A stretch of 64,000 bases of DNA, from positions 159,569-223,568 of the forward strand of contig FR892671.1 of the NCBI GenBank assembly GCA_000433535.1, in the 5' to 3' direction. Source of the stretch: Dorea sp. CAG:317. Its GTDB lineage: Bacteria > Bacillota > Clostridia > Lachnospirales > Lachnospiraceae. Of this stretch, positions 11,100-19,696 are shown piece after piece. Both the position numbers and the translations under genes were made by a program. The first letter of the stretch is position 1; each line of letters opens with the position of its first letter. A model generated the notes under the pieces. It was given only the letters and a program-made list of their open reading frames with translations. It made no database searches and was not told the origin of the DNA.

Positions 11100-11447
11100 T
11101 TACACCTCTACAATACGTCTTACGATCTCCTTCGCATATAGCTCGTGATTTCCATCATATTCTTTTTGCAGATGTTCCAGCATAAAACTGTTCTTTTCTC
11201 TTTGTTCTGCCATTACCTGTTCCATTCTCTCATCTGCTTCTTTTTTAATGGCTGCAAGCTTCTTCTGAGTCTCAGCCTCCAGTTCTTCATCAAACTGATC
11301 TCTCTCTGCCTGTATACGCTTCTCAATTTTGTGCTTTTCTTCTTCAGCATGATCAACAATTGCTTCTGCTGTAGTTTCGATTTCTGCCAGTTGTTCAATT
11401 ACAGAATCCATATCTTCTACCACCTCCGCTTGTCGTTTTTTTAACAA
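11100..11447 (-). CDS. ntpG: V-type ATPase small charged subunit (G/H-like)
   Basis: It is a 115-aa Glu/Lys-rich coiled coil and is the first gene of the operon. Confidence 0.6.
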   Translation of the reverse strand: MLKKRQAEVVEDMDSVIEQLAEIETTAEAIVDHAEEEKHKIEKRIQAERDQFDEELEAETQKKLAAIKKEADERMEQVMAEQREKNSFMLEHLQKEYDGNHELYAKEIVRRIVEV

Positions 11448-11571
11448 AAAAATCCATTTTTTATATCATACACCTATTCCCGAAAAATTCCATGGTAAAA
11501 CTGTATAAATTTATATCATTTCTTTATAATTTTTATACATTTTTTACACATACCGGACACTATTTTTAAAT

Positions 11572-11600
11572 TTGACTTTTTATTATCCGGAAGTTAAACT
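11572..11600 (+). promoter_or_regulatory. Candidate sigma-A promoter for trmB: TTGACT, 17-nt spacer, TAAACT
   Basis: Hexamers are spaced 17 nt apart, about 70 nt upstream of the trmB ATG. The region is AT-rich and divergent. Confidence 0.35.
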
Positions 11601-11672
11601 AGAAAAGGCACAAAACTTATAGCCTTAACCCGTGCAAAGACACGAAAAACAAGCGAAAGAAAGGTATCAATT

Positions 11673-12317
11673 ATGAGATTAAGAAATATCCCCCGTGCAG
11701 ACAGTGTTCTTGCCGGATCTGACATGGTCATTAAGACCGAAACAGACTATAAAGGAAACTGGAAAGAGGCAATTTTTCATAACAGCAATCCTATCCACAT
11801 AGAAGTAGGTATGGGAAAAGGACAGTTCATCCTTGCACTTGCCAGACTCAATCCCGACATTAACTATATCGGCATTGAGCGCTATTCCAGCGTCCTTCTG
11901 CGCGCCGTAGAAAAACTGGAAGAAGAAGTGCCGAATTTACGGTTTATCTGTATGGACGCTGCCACCTTGCCGGAAGTATTTGACAAAAATGAAATTTCCA
12001 GAATCTACCTGAACTTTTCCGATCCGTGGCCAAAGGCAAGACACGCCAGAAGAAGACTTACTTCTGCTGAATACTTCAAACGCTACGATCAAATTCTGAT
12101 TCCGGACGGACAGGTTGAATTCAAAACCGATAACCGGGCACTTTTTGATTTCTCCGTAGAAGAACTGGAGGCTTCTGACATCTGGAATATGACCGCCTGT
12201 ACATATGATCTTCACAACGATGCTACCATGAACAGCGGTAATATCATGACCGAATATGAGGAAAAATTTTCTTCTATGAATCATCCGATCTGTAAACTGA
12301 TTGCCGGAAGGAAATAG
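11673..12317 (+). CDS. trmB: tRNA (guanine46-N7)-methyltransferase
   Basis: It is 214 aa and carries motifs typical of the TrmB family. Confidence 0.9.
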   Translation: MRLRNIPRADSVLAGSDMVIKTETDYKGNWKEAIFHNSNPIHIEVGMGKGQFILALARLNPDINYIGIERYSSVLLRAVEKLEEEVPNLRFICMDAATLPEVFDKNEISRIYLNFSDPWPKARHARRRLTSAEYFKRYDQILIPDGQVEFKTDNRALFDFSVEELEASDIWNMTACTYDLHNDATMNSGNIMTEYEEKFSSMNHPICKLIAGRK

Positions 12318-12537
12318 CCGCCCCTCTCCTGCATATAATATAGGGAAACTTTTGTTCCGGAGACTGCATATGCGAAATCAGAAAAAGAAGTATCCAAAAA
12401 AACAGCTCTATCTACTATTTTATCGCAACAGACGATTGTTCCGCTTTCTTTCATGCACCTGCAAATCCATGAGAGAAGTCTGCTCAATTCTGAATGCTGA
12501 TGCAAACTGCCGGACAAAGCAAAGGAGGCACTAACTT

Positions 12538-12861
12538 ATGCTGCATCTGACTGAAAGGAATTTTAAAACAGAAGTCCTGGAAGCATCTCAGCCTACAGCC
12601 GTCATGTTTTATGCTCGCTGGTGCAGTAAATGTGCGATGATGCGCCCTTGTGCAGAAGAACTTGCCACACGTTTTCAGGCACAGTATAAATTTTGTAAGG
12701 TTGAAATTGATGAATCAGAAATACTTGCGCAATCTTACGGAATCGACATCGTACCGGCTTTTCTGTTTTTCCATAACGGACAGCTTCTTGCCGGCTTCTC
12801 CGGTCTGATCGACACAGATGTATTGGAGACGCGTCTCCATAAAATCTTTAGGAATTGTTAA
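12538..12861 (+). CDS. Thioredoxin-like protein with an atypical WCSKC active site
   Basis: An AAGGAGG RBS lies 9 nt upstream. It is 107 aa and has the thioredoxin fold order (FYARWC-x2-C ... VPAFLFF). The CXXC motif is CSKC rather than CGPC. Confidence 0.75.
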   Translation: MLHLTERNFKTEVLEASQPTAVMFYARWCSKCAMMRPCAEELATRFQAQYKFCKVEIDESEILAQSYGIDIVPAFLFFHNGQLLAGFSGLIDTDVLETRLHKIFRNC

Positions 12862-12943
12862 GGTATATTTCATTTGCAAATAAGCCGGTATATGGTATAT
12901 TAGGATAGTATACAAGATAAAGGAGGAATGGTGAAAACACCGA

Positions 12944-14131
12944 TTGATTATGAAAAAATTTAAAAAAATCATCCCATTTGTTGTAACTCTCTCTCTGTTC
13001 GCTTCCTGTCTGCCGATGGTTGCAAAAGCAGACAGCTCCAAAGTCGTAACTCTGGGAGCCAACCTTTCCGATGAACAGAAAAACGAAATGTATGATTACT
13101 TCGGAACAAGCGCTGACAAGGTAGAGACCATTGAAGTCACTAACGCTGATGAACGTAAATATATGGAAGGGATTGCTTCTGAATCCCAGATCGGAACAAG
13201 AACTTACAGTTGTTCCTACGTAGAGCCTACAGAAAGCGGTGGTATTCAGGTAAAAACCGCAAACCTTACTTTTGTGACCAGCTCTATGATCGCAAGTACA
13301 CTGACAACATCCGGCGTAGAGAACTGTAACGTTGTTGCCGCTTCTCCAATCGAAGTGTCCGGAACCGGAGCGCTTACCGGCATTATGATGGCTTACGAGA
13401 CAGCCAGCGGCGAGACCCTTGATGAAGGACAAAAAGAAGCTGCCACCGAGGAGCTTGTAACTACCGGAGAACTGGCAGATGCTATTGGTCAGGAAGAAGC
13501 TACTGATTTAATGAACAATATCAAGCAGGAAGTGATCGAAGACGGAATCACTGACGAAGGCGAGATTCAGGACGTCGTAGAAGACAACGCCGACAAGCTT
13601 AACATCACACTGACACAGGAACAGCTTGACAAAATCGTAGCGCTTATGGAGAAAATTTCCCAGTATGATTATGATGTCAAAGCTCTGAAAGACACTTTAG
13701 AGAATCTGGAAGGAAAATCCGAAGGCTTTTTCGCTAAAATCTGGAGCTCTATCAAAGGCTTTTTCGGAGGCGACAAAGGTGATGGCGGTATCATCAACGA
13801 TACAAAAGATGATATTCTCGGAAGTGACATTGTAACAGACAGCACACTGGACGATATTAAAGACAAAGTGGAAAATGCCGATACAGAAGGCTTGTGGGAT
13901 AAAATCGTCAACTTCTTTAAGGGACTGTTCGGCGGTGATGATGCAGACTCCAAGGACAGCACCGAAGCATCTGGTACCGATGCTTCCGACACAGAAGATA
14001 TTACCATTCAGGATAACACTTCTGATAACGATACTTCTGATAATGGTTCTGACGATACATCTTCAGATAGCACATCTGGCGATAGTTCAGACAATGAGCC
14101 TGACGATAGCGCCACAGAAGAAAACGAATAA
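12944..14131 (+). CDS. Secreted DUF1002-like protein with a duplicated amphipathic motif and an Asp/Ser-rich acidic tail
   Basis: A signal peptide reads MIMKKFKKIIPFVVTLSLFASCLPMVAKA. Two copies of [FW].KI...FKG.FGGD are present. The last roughly 80 aa are poly-D/S/T/E. The start is TTG or ATG at 12944/12950. Confidence 0.65.
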   Translation: MIMKKFKKIIPFVVTLSLFASCLPMVAKADSSKVVTLGANLSDEQKNEMYDYFGTSADKVETIEVTNADERKYMEGIASESQIGTRTYSCSYVEPTESGGIQVKTANLTFVTSSMIASTLTTSGVENCNVVAASPIEVSGTGALTGIMMAYETASGETLDEGQKEAATEELVTTGELADAIGQEEATDLMNNIKQEVIEDGITDEGEIQDVVEDNADKLNITLTQEQLDKIVALMEKISQYDYDVKALKDTLENLEGKSEGFFAKIWSSIKGFFGGDKGDGGIINDTKDDILGSDIVTDSTLDDIKDKVENADTEGLWDKIVNFFKGLFGGDDADSKDSTEASGTDASDTEDITIQDNTSDNDTSDNGSDDTSSDSTSGDSSDNEPDDSATEENE

Positions 14132-14148
14132 TCAAATATTGATATTCC

Positions 14149-14186
14149 AAAAATGCCACTGGGGAAATTCCCCAATGGCATTTTTT
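14149..14186. terminator. Bidirectional terminator between the DUF1002 gene and the convergent yczE-like gene
   Basis: The hairpin is aaaatgccactgggg-aaattc-cccaatggcatttttt, with A and T runs on either side. Confidence 0.55.
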
Positions 14187-14210
14187 CTCTAATATCTTAA
14201 TAATATCTCA

Positions 14211-14879
14211 CTATCTTTTTGTAATCTTCCCCCGGAAGAACTGGATGAGCGGACCATTACAAAATGCGTTTACAATCGTTCCAAGTCCAAGGATCTCTCC
14301 CACCGGATTATGGGCTGCCAGACAGAAAATCACTCCAATACATACAACCGTCACATCCGACATTACTCTTGCTAAGCGAAAAGAAATCCTTTCTTTCGTC
14401 ACTTTAGTAACAACAAATGCCACACTGTCATAAGGCGCAATTCCAAGATGAGCTTCCATATATAACGCACATCCAAAAGAAGCAAACAACGTTCCGATGA
14501 GCATAAATACAATTCTCAGGAAAAGTCCTGCCTTAAGTCCCAGCACTTCAAGTACGATCCAGCAGAGCAGATCTGCAATATACCCCACACAAACCATATT
14601 TACAATTGTGCCGAGTCCGATATTTTCCCGCACTGTAAAAAATACAACGATCAGAACTGCGGCATTCATGATCAATTGCCATGTTCCAAAGCTGATCCCC
14701 AGAAATCCGCTGATTCCCAAATTCATACAACTGAATGCATCCACACCAAACAGACTGATCCGATATGCTGCTACACACATTCCGATCAACAGGATCCCAA
14801 GCAGCATCTTTCCGATGCAATCTGCACGAACCCAATCTGACATTTTTCGTTTTCCTTTCACTATTGCCTCCATGATCAA
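14211..14879 (-). CDS. YczE/YitT-like integral membrane protein
   Basis: It is 222 aa with about 6 TM segments. The start follows the aga stop directly. Confidence 0.55.
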   Translation of the reverse strand: MIMEAIVKGKRKMSDWVRADCIGKMLLGILLIGMCVAAYRISLFGVDAFSCMNLGISGFLGISFGTWQLIMNAAVLIVVFFTVRENIGLGTIVNMVCVGYIADLLCWIVLEVLGLKAGLFLRIVFMLIGTLFASFGCALYMEAHLGIAPYDSVAFVVTKVTKERISFRLARVMSDVTVVCIGVIFCLAAHNPVGEILGLGTIVNAFCNGPLIQFFRGKITKR

Positions 14880-17116
14880 ATCGCTTCCTCTTCCTCTACC
14901 GCTTCCAGTACATAGATCCGTGATTCAAAATCTGTACATGGTTTCATACCGCTTTCTGTCTCTCCCGCCGTTGCATCTGATGTGATTAATCCCAGATTCA
15001 TCAATTCATCTCCATAATGCACTTTTCCTGTCAGAGAATTACAATACTGCACATCTGGATCTAAGCCTTCCAGACATACCCGCGTATATGCATCATTTAC
15101 AACATTCAAAATACGGTACCACCCTACAATCGCTGTCTTTTTGTCTTCGCTTACCACCATCCATACGACTTCATTTCCCTCAAACGGACTTTTCAGCCGA
15201 TAGAACATTCCATACTGCAGGATATGACGATATTTCTTCATAAACTGTATCTGCTCTTTCACCTGTACAAGCTCTTCTTCCGACAGTTTATTCAGATCCA
15301 GTTCATAACCAAACGCGCCGAAATATGCTACATTCGCTCTCGTGTGCAGCGGAGTGTTACGAAATACCTGATGATTGGGTATCACAGACACATGTGCGCC
15401 AATACTGCTGATCGGATAGCACATTGACGTTCCATACTGAATCTTCAGACGCTCAACAGCATCGGAATCATCACTTGCCCAGCCCTGCGGCGCATAGTAA
15501 AGCATTCCCGGATCGAAACGCCCACCGCCGCTTGCACAAGACTCAAATAAGATCTTCGGAAAACGGCGGATCAATCTCTCATAAAGATTGTATACACCAA
15601 GGATATATCTATGAAATACCTCTCCCTGGCGGTCTGCCGGAAGCGCCGCTGAATAACATTCTGTAATGCTGCGGTTCATGTCCCACTTAATATAGGATAC
15701 TTTCGCTTCCTCCAAAATCCTGGCGATCATCTGGTAAATGTAATCTACCACTTCTTTTCTGGAGAAGTCAAGCACATATTGATATCTTCCGTGGGAGGGA
15801 TTACGTCCCGGCGCGGCAATGATCCAATCAGGATGCTCCCGGTAAAGGTTCGAATCCTTATTTACCATTTCCAGTTCCACCCAAAGCCCAAACTTCATCC
15901 CAAGCTGTTCGATTCTGTCTGCAAGTCCGGTAATTCCATTTGGCAGCCGCTCTGGATTTGCGATCCAATCTCCAAGACCCGCCCGGTCATTGCTGCGTTC
16001 TCCGAACCATCCGTCATCCAGTACGAACAGCTCTACGCCGCACTCCTTCGCTTTCTTCGCAATATTTACAAGCTTATCCTCTGTAAAATCGAAATACGTT
16101 GCTTCCCAGTTGTTATTCAGGATCGGCCTCTCCCTGTCTCTCCAGTATCCTCTTGCTAGCCGCTTCTGATACAATTTATGGAAAGTCTGGCTCATTGCGT
16201 TCAATCCCCGGTCAGAATATACCAGCACCGCTTCCGGTGTCTGAAAACGTTCTCCCGGCTCCAGTTTCCAATCAAATCCAGACGGATTGATTCCTGCCAG
16301 CAAGCGCAGCGTATTATGAGCGTCCACCTCTGCCTGCATGAGAAAATTACCACTATATACAAGTGAAATTCCAAACGCCTCTCCCTGACGTTCATCCGCA
16401 GACGGACGTTTCAGAACAATAAATGGATTCTGCTCATGGGAAGAATTACCGCGCATACTGTCAATGGCTGTGATCCCCTGCGTAAGGGCGCGTTTCTTCA
16501 CATGACGCTCTCTTGCCCAACTGCCGGACAACTGCAGCCATTCATAATCAGGATCCGGAAGATCCAGACAAAGACTCATTGCCTGCGTCAGATGAACACT
16601 TTCCTCTCCTTCATTCAGGAAACGTACATTCCTTGCCAGGATACCGCCCTCCCTGAAGATAGTATAAGACAGCTCTGCTTTCACCCCGGTCAATGCATCC
16701 TTTACGTCAACCACCAGCGTCTCAGCTTCTGAAGCTTCCTCTGTATAAGTTGCCGGAAGCCCCTCTAATTCCGGTTTCCCTGCAAACACATGATAACCCT
16801 GATAGTGAAATTCTGAAATTCTGCTTCCATTATTCTGCCGGACTTCCACTGCCGGGTGGCGATAGTCTGTTGTTCCATATACCGGAAATTCCTGACGAAT
16901 ATGCTCCAACGAAAATAATCTTTCATTTTCATATACATAGGAAGACATCGGACGGGGCGCTTTTTCCAAAAGATAAGAAAAATCTTCCCGGTCATGAATC
17001 CTCTTTCCACAATATAACTGCCCCAGATGTCCGTTCTCCATTACCATCATAATATAGCTGATGGCATCATTATATAAATGAAAAACTTTACTTTTTTCAT
17101 GAAAAACAATGCTCAT
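14876..17116 (-). CDS. agaA: Alpha-galactosidase (GH36, melibiase)
   Basis: It is about 746 aa. GH36 motifs are present: KWDMN, FVLDDGWF and CxSGGGR. An AGGAGG RBS lies 8 nt upstream of the ATG at 17116. Confidence 0.9.
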   Translation of the reverse strand: MSIVFHEKSKVFHLYNDAISYIMMVMENGHLGQLYCGKRIHDREDFSYLLEKAPRPMSSYVYENERLFSLEHIRQEFPVYGTTDYRHPAVEVRQNNGSRISEFHYQGYHVFAGKPELEGLPATYTEEASEAETLVVDVKDALTGVKAELSYTIFREGGILARNVRFLNEGEESVHLTQAMSLCLDLPDPDYEWLQLSGSWARERHVKKRALTQGITAIDSMRGNSSHEQNPFIVLKRPSADERQGEAFGISLVYSGNFLMQAEVDAHNTLRLLAGINPSGFDWKLEPGERFQTPEAVLVYSDRGLNAMSQTFHKLYQKRLARGYWRDRERPILNNNWEATYFDFTEDKLVNIAKKAKECGVELFVLDDGWFGERSNDRAGLGDWIANPERLPNGITGLADRIEQLGMKFGLWVELEMVNKDSNLYREHPDWIIAAPGRNPSHGRYQYVLDFSRKEVVDYIYQMIARILEEAKVSYIKWDMNRSITECYSAALPADRQGEVFHRYILGVYNLYERLIRRFPKILFESCASGGGRFDPGMLYYAPQGWASDDSDAVERLKIQYGTSMCYPISSIGAHVSVIPNHQVFRNTPLHTRANVAYFGAFGYELDLNKLSEEELVQVKEQIQFMKKYRHILQYGMFYRLKSPFEGNEVVWMVVSEDKKTAIVGWYRILNVVNDAYTRVCLEGLDPDVQYCNSLTGKVHYGDELMNLGLITSDATAGETESGMKPCTDFESRIYVLEAVEEEEAI

Positions 17117-17135
17117 AGTTGTCCCCTCCTGCATC

Positions 17136-18542
17136 CTACTCTACTGCGTGAAGCTCATTTAATTTCTTTACGATTTCCTGCATTGCATCTTCTTTCAACT
17201 TATAATGTTTCTTATAGATCGCAAGACTGACAAAAGCAAGAATGATCGGAATTACCAGCATCAACACACGGATTCCTAAAATTGTACCTGCTGACTGTAC
17301 TTCTAATTTCGCCTGATATCCTACAAGCTGAAGCCCAATACCTGTAAGTCCTCCTGCCGCTGCCATTGCCGCTTTCATTAAAAATGTCTGTGCAGAGCAA
17401 GTCACACTTTCATTTCTCACGCCGAATTTTACCTCACCGTAATCAATAACATCTGCGATACAGCAGGTTGTAACTCCCAGAGAAAGTCCTGATCCAAAAA
17501 AAATGAATGCACAGCTGACAACAACACCCACTGCATTCTGCGGTGCTATATAACCCAGAATACCAAGCAGCACGAATCCAATAACCGGAAGCAGACATGC
17601 CACTGTATATACTTTTTCTCTGCTGATCTTTTTCGCAATTTTCGGGAAACAGACCAACCCAATCATCTCTGCAATAATTGCCATTCCGAAGATAGAATAC
17701 AAAAACTCGTTTCCGCATACGCTCTTGAAATAGTAAACTGCAAATCCTTTCGCAATCTGTGTACATAAATTAAAAGCAAGAAGCAGACCAATGAACGCCA
17801 GAAGCTGGTCATTTTGGATAATCACCTGAAAGGCTTCTTTCAAGCTTGTCTTCCGACCTTTCGCTCCAACCGTAGATTCCTCTTTTACATTAAAAACAGT
17901 GATTCCAATAGTGATCAGGAACACCACCGCAATGATAACTGCAAATAAAGTATATCCTGTCTCTGCATACTGTTCTTTGCCACTCATTTTATTCAATCCT
18001 GTGATCACATAAAGACCAAATGTCGCAACACAGAATCCTGCAAGACTCGCAAAAAATCGTGGAATTACAGACACCTTTTCGCGCTCATGAGGGTCATTTG
18101 TCAGATTCGGAAGCCATGACCAATAAGGAACATCCATGATCGTATAAGTCATTCCATACAGAATGTACATCACAGAAACATAGGTATAAAGCGCCGTTCC
18201 ATGCAGATGAAAGCTGCAGAATAACAAAACAAATACAACTGCATTTACAACTGTTCCAATGACCAGCCAGATACGGAACTTTCCATATTTTGTATGGGTA
18301 TTATCCACGATCATTCCCATCATCGGATCATTTACAGCATCCCAGATACGCGCCACAAAAAACAGTACACCTACAAATGCAGGTGCAAGATACAACGTAT
18401 CTGTAAAATATACCATCAAAAATACACCAACCATGTTGCATATTGCATCTTTTCCAATTGCTCCGATTCCAAAGCAATATTTTTCACGGGCAGACACTTT
18501 CTTATACTGCATTACATCGCCTTTTTCAAACATCGTACTCAT
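17136..18542 (-). CDS. MFS glycoside-pentoside-hexuronide:cation symporter (MelB-like)
   Basis: It is 468 aa with 12 TM segments and has the GPH-family N-terminal DxxND-like motif. It lies immediately upstream of agaA. Confidence 0.85.
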   Translation of the reverse strand: MSTMFEKGDVMQYKKVSAREKYCFGIGAIGKDAICNMVGVFLMVYFTDTLYLAPAFVGVLFFVARIWDAVNDPMMGMIVDNTHTKYGKFRIWLVIGTVVNAVVFVLLFCSFHLHGTALYTYVSVMYILYGMTYTIMDVPYWSWLPNLTNDPHEREKVSVIPRFFASLAGFCVATFGLYVITGLNKMSGKEQYAETGYTLFAVIIAVVFLITIGITVFNVKEESTVGAKGRKTSLKEAFQVIIQNDQLLAFIGLLLAFNLCTQIAKGFAVYYFKSVCGNEFLYSIFGMAIIAEMIGLVCFPKIAKKISREKVYTVACLLPVIGFVLLGILGYIAPQNAVGVVVSCAFIFFGSGLSLGVTTCCIADVIDYGEVKFGVRNESVTCSAQTFLMKAAMAAAGGLTGIGLQLVGYQAKLEVQSAGTILGIRVLMLVIPIILAFVSLAIYKKHYKLKEDAMQEIVKKLNELHAVE

Positions 18543-18686
18543 AAATTTTCATCCTCCTAGATCTTGAAGAGGTCTGTGCACATTTCTTCTTTCTACAGTT
18601 TATTATAAGCATTGTCCGCCTGTCCCGTTAGTTTCTTTTGTTTCCGCAATGTGTCTAAATGTTTCCTTTTTACATATATTCCACAC

Positions 18687-19598
18687 TTATTTCTGCTTTA
18701 AGTGCAGCAAATTTTCGTCTTTCATTAATTCATCCAGATTTTGTTCCGCCGCATACAGACGTTTCCGTACTTCTTCCCGATGTTCTGTCCTGTACTTGGA
18801 CGGAGACATGCCGATCAATTTCTTAAACACTTTGGAAAACGCGCGAAAATCCTTATATCCGCAGGCAGCCGCAATTTCTTCAACCGAACGTTCTGTAATT
18901 GTCAGCAGTTCCTTTCCTCTGGAAATCCGAAAACGTATCAGAAAATCTCTTGGTGACATCTGTAAAGTTTTCTCGAATAATTTATACAGATAACTTCTGT
19001 CTATACAAACGTAATTCGCAATATCCACAACCTTCAGATCATCTGCATAATGATTTCTGATATATTGTATTGCATGGCTGATATAAATACTTTCTTTTGA
19101 TTCCTCTTCACTTCCGTCCACAACCGCATCCTGTGTAAGCACTGCAAAAAAATCATACAGCAGGCTTTGCAGACGATACTGATTACTTATGTTCATTTCC
19201 TTTAATTTCATCATATTCAATATGATTTTTTTCAGCTCTTTTCCGTTTTCTGACTGAAAGATCAGGTGATTGTTGTTCAATCCAATATCTCTGACATATT
19301 CCTCTGCCCGCGTTCCGCCAAAGCCAATCCAGCAATATGTCCATGGATCATCCTTATCCGCCTGATAAAATGTCAGCACCTCCGGTTCAATCAAAAACCC
19401 CTGACCAGCCTGCAGTTCATAGCGTTTCTCTCCGACCTGATATACGCCTTTTCCGGACAAAATGTAGTGAATCAAATAGTTCGGTCTCGCCGCCGGTCCG
19501 AAATAATGCCTTGAACTGCACTGTGCATAACCACAAAAGCACAACATCAAATCTTTAAATTTTGAATCTGACAATTGAAGTACATATGAATTTTCCAT
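18687..19598 (-). CDS. AraC/XylS-family transcriptional regulator (MsmR/RafR-like)
   Basis: A cupin-like N-terminal domain is followed by a C-terminal AraC HTH (IAAACGYKDFRAFSKVFKK). A GGGAGGG RBS lies 5 nt before the ATG (MENSYVL). Confidence 0.85.
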   Translation of the reverse strand: MENSYVLQLSDSKFKDLMLCFCGYAQCSSRHYFGPAARPNYLIHYILSGKGVYQVGEKRYELQAGQGFLIEPEVLTFYQADKDDPWTYCWIGFGGTRAEEYVRDIGLNNNHLIFQSENGKELKKIILNMMKLKEMNISNQYRLQSLLYDFFAVLTQDAVVDGSEEESKESIYISHAIQYIRNHYADDLKVVDIANYVCIDRSYLYKLFEKTLQMSPRDFLIRFRISRGKELLTITERSVEEIAAACGYKDFRAFSKVFKKLIGMSPSKYRTEHREEVRKRLYAAEQNLDELMKDENLLHLKQK

Positions 19599-19616
19599 TG
19601 GACCCTCCCATACAAA

Positions 19617-19671
19617 AACCTTCTGTTTGTTTTCACGGAATCGTTCTATCCCTTTCCAAACAAACAGAAGG
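19617..19671 (-). terminator. Terminator-like hairpin downstream of glgB, immediately 5' of the regulator RBS
   Basis: A 14-bp inverted repeat (ccttctgtttgttt / aaacaaacagaagg) has a 25-nt loop. It is followed on the minus strand by tttttgtatggg. Confidence 0.45.
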
Positions 19672-19696
19672 CACACTTCATTAACACAAAAATTAT

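Noticed and set aside
11145-11444. Antisense ORFs inside V-ATPase, GH36, glgB and other large genes. There are many 60-200-aa entries in the track.
   Set aside because: They are shadow ORFs opposite well-supported genes. Their translations are low-complexity or Cys/Arg/Ser-rich and they have no RBS.
14876-17134. Longer N-terminal extensions proposed by the ORF track for agaA, the AraC regulator, pnuC, the PucR regulator, hpt, mtnN and the racemase
   Set aside because: In each case the extension contains the gene's own Shine-Dalgarno sequence at the proper distance from an internal ATG. I trimmed the starts accordingly.
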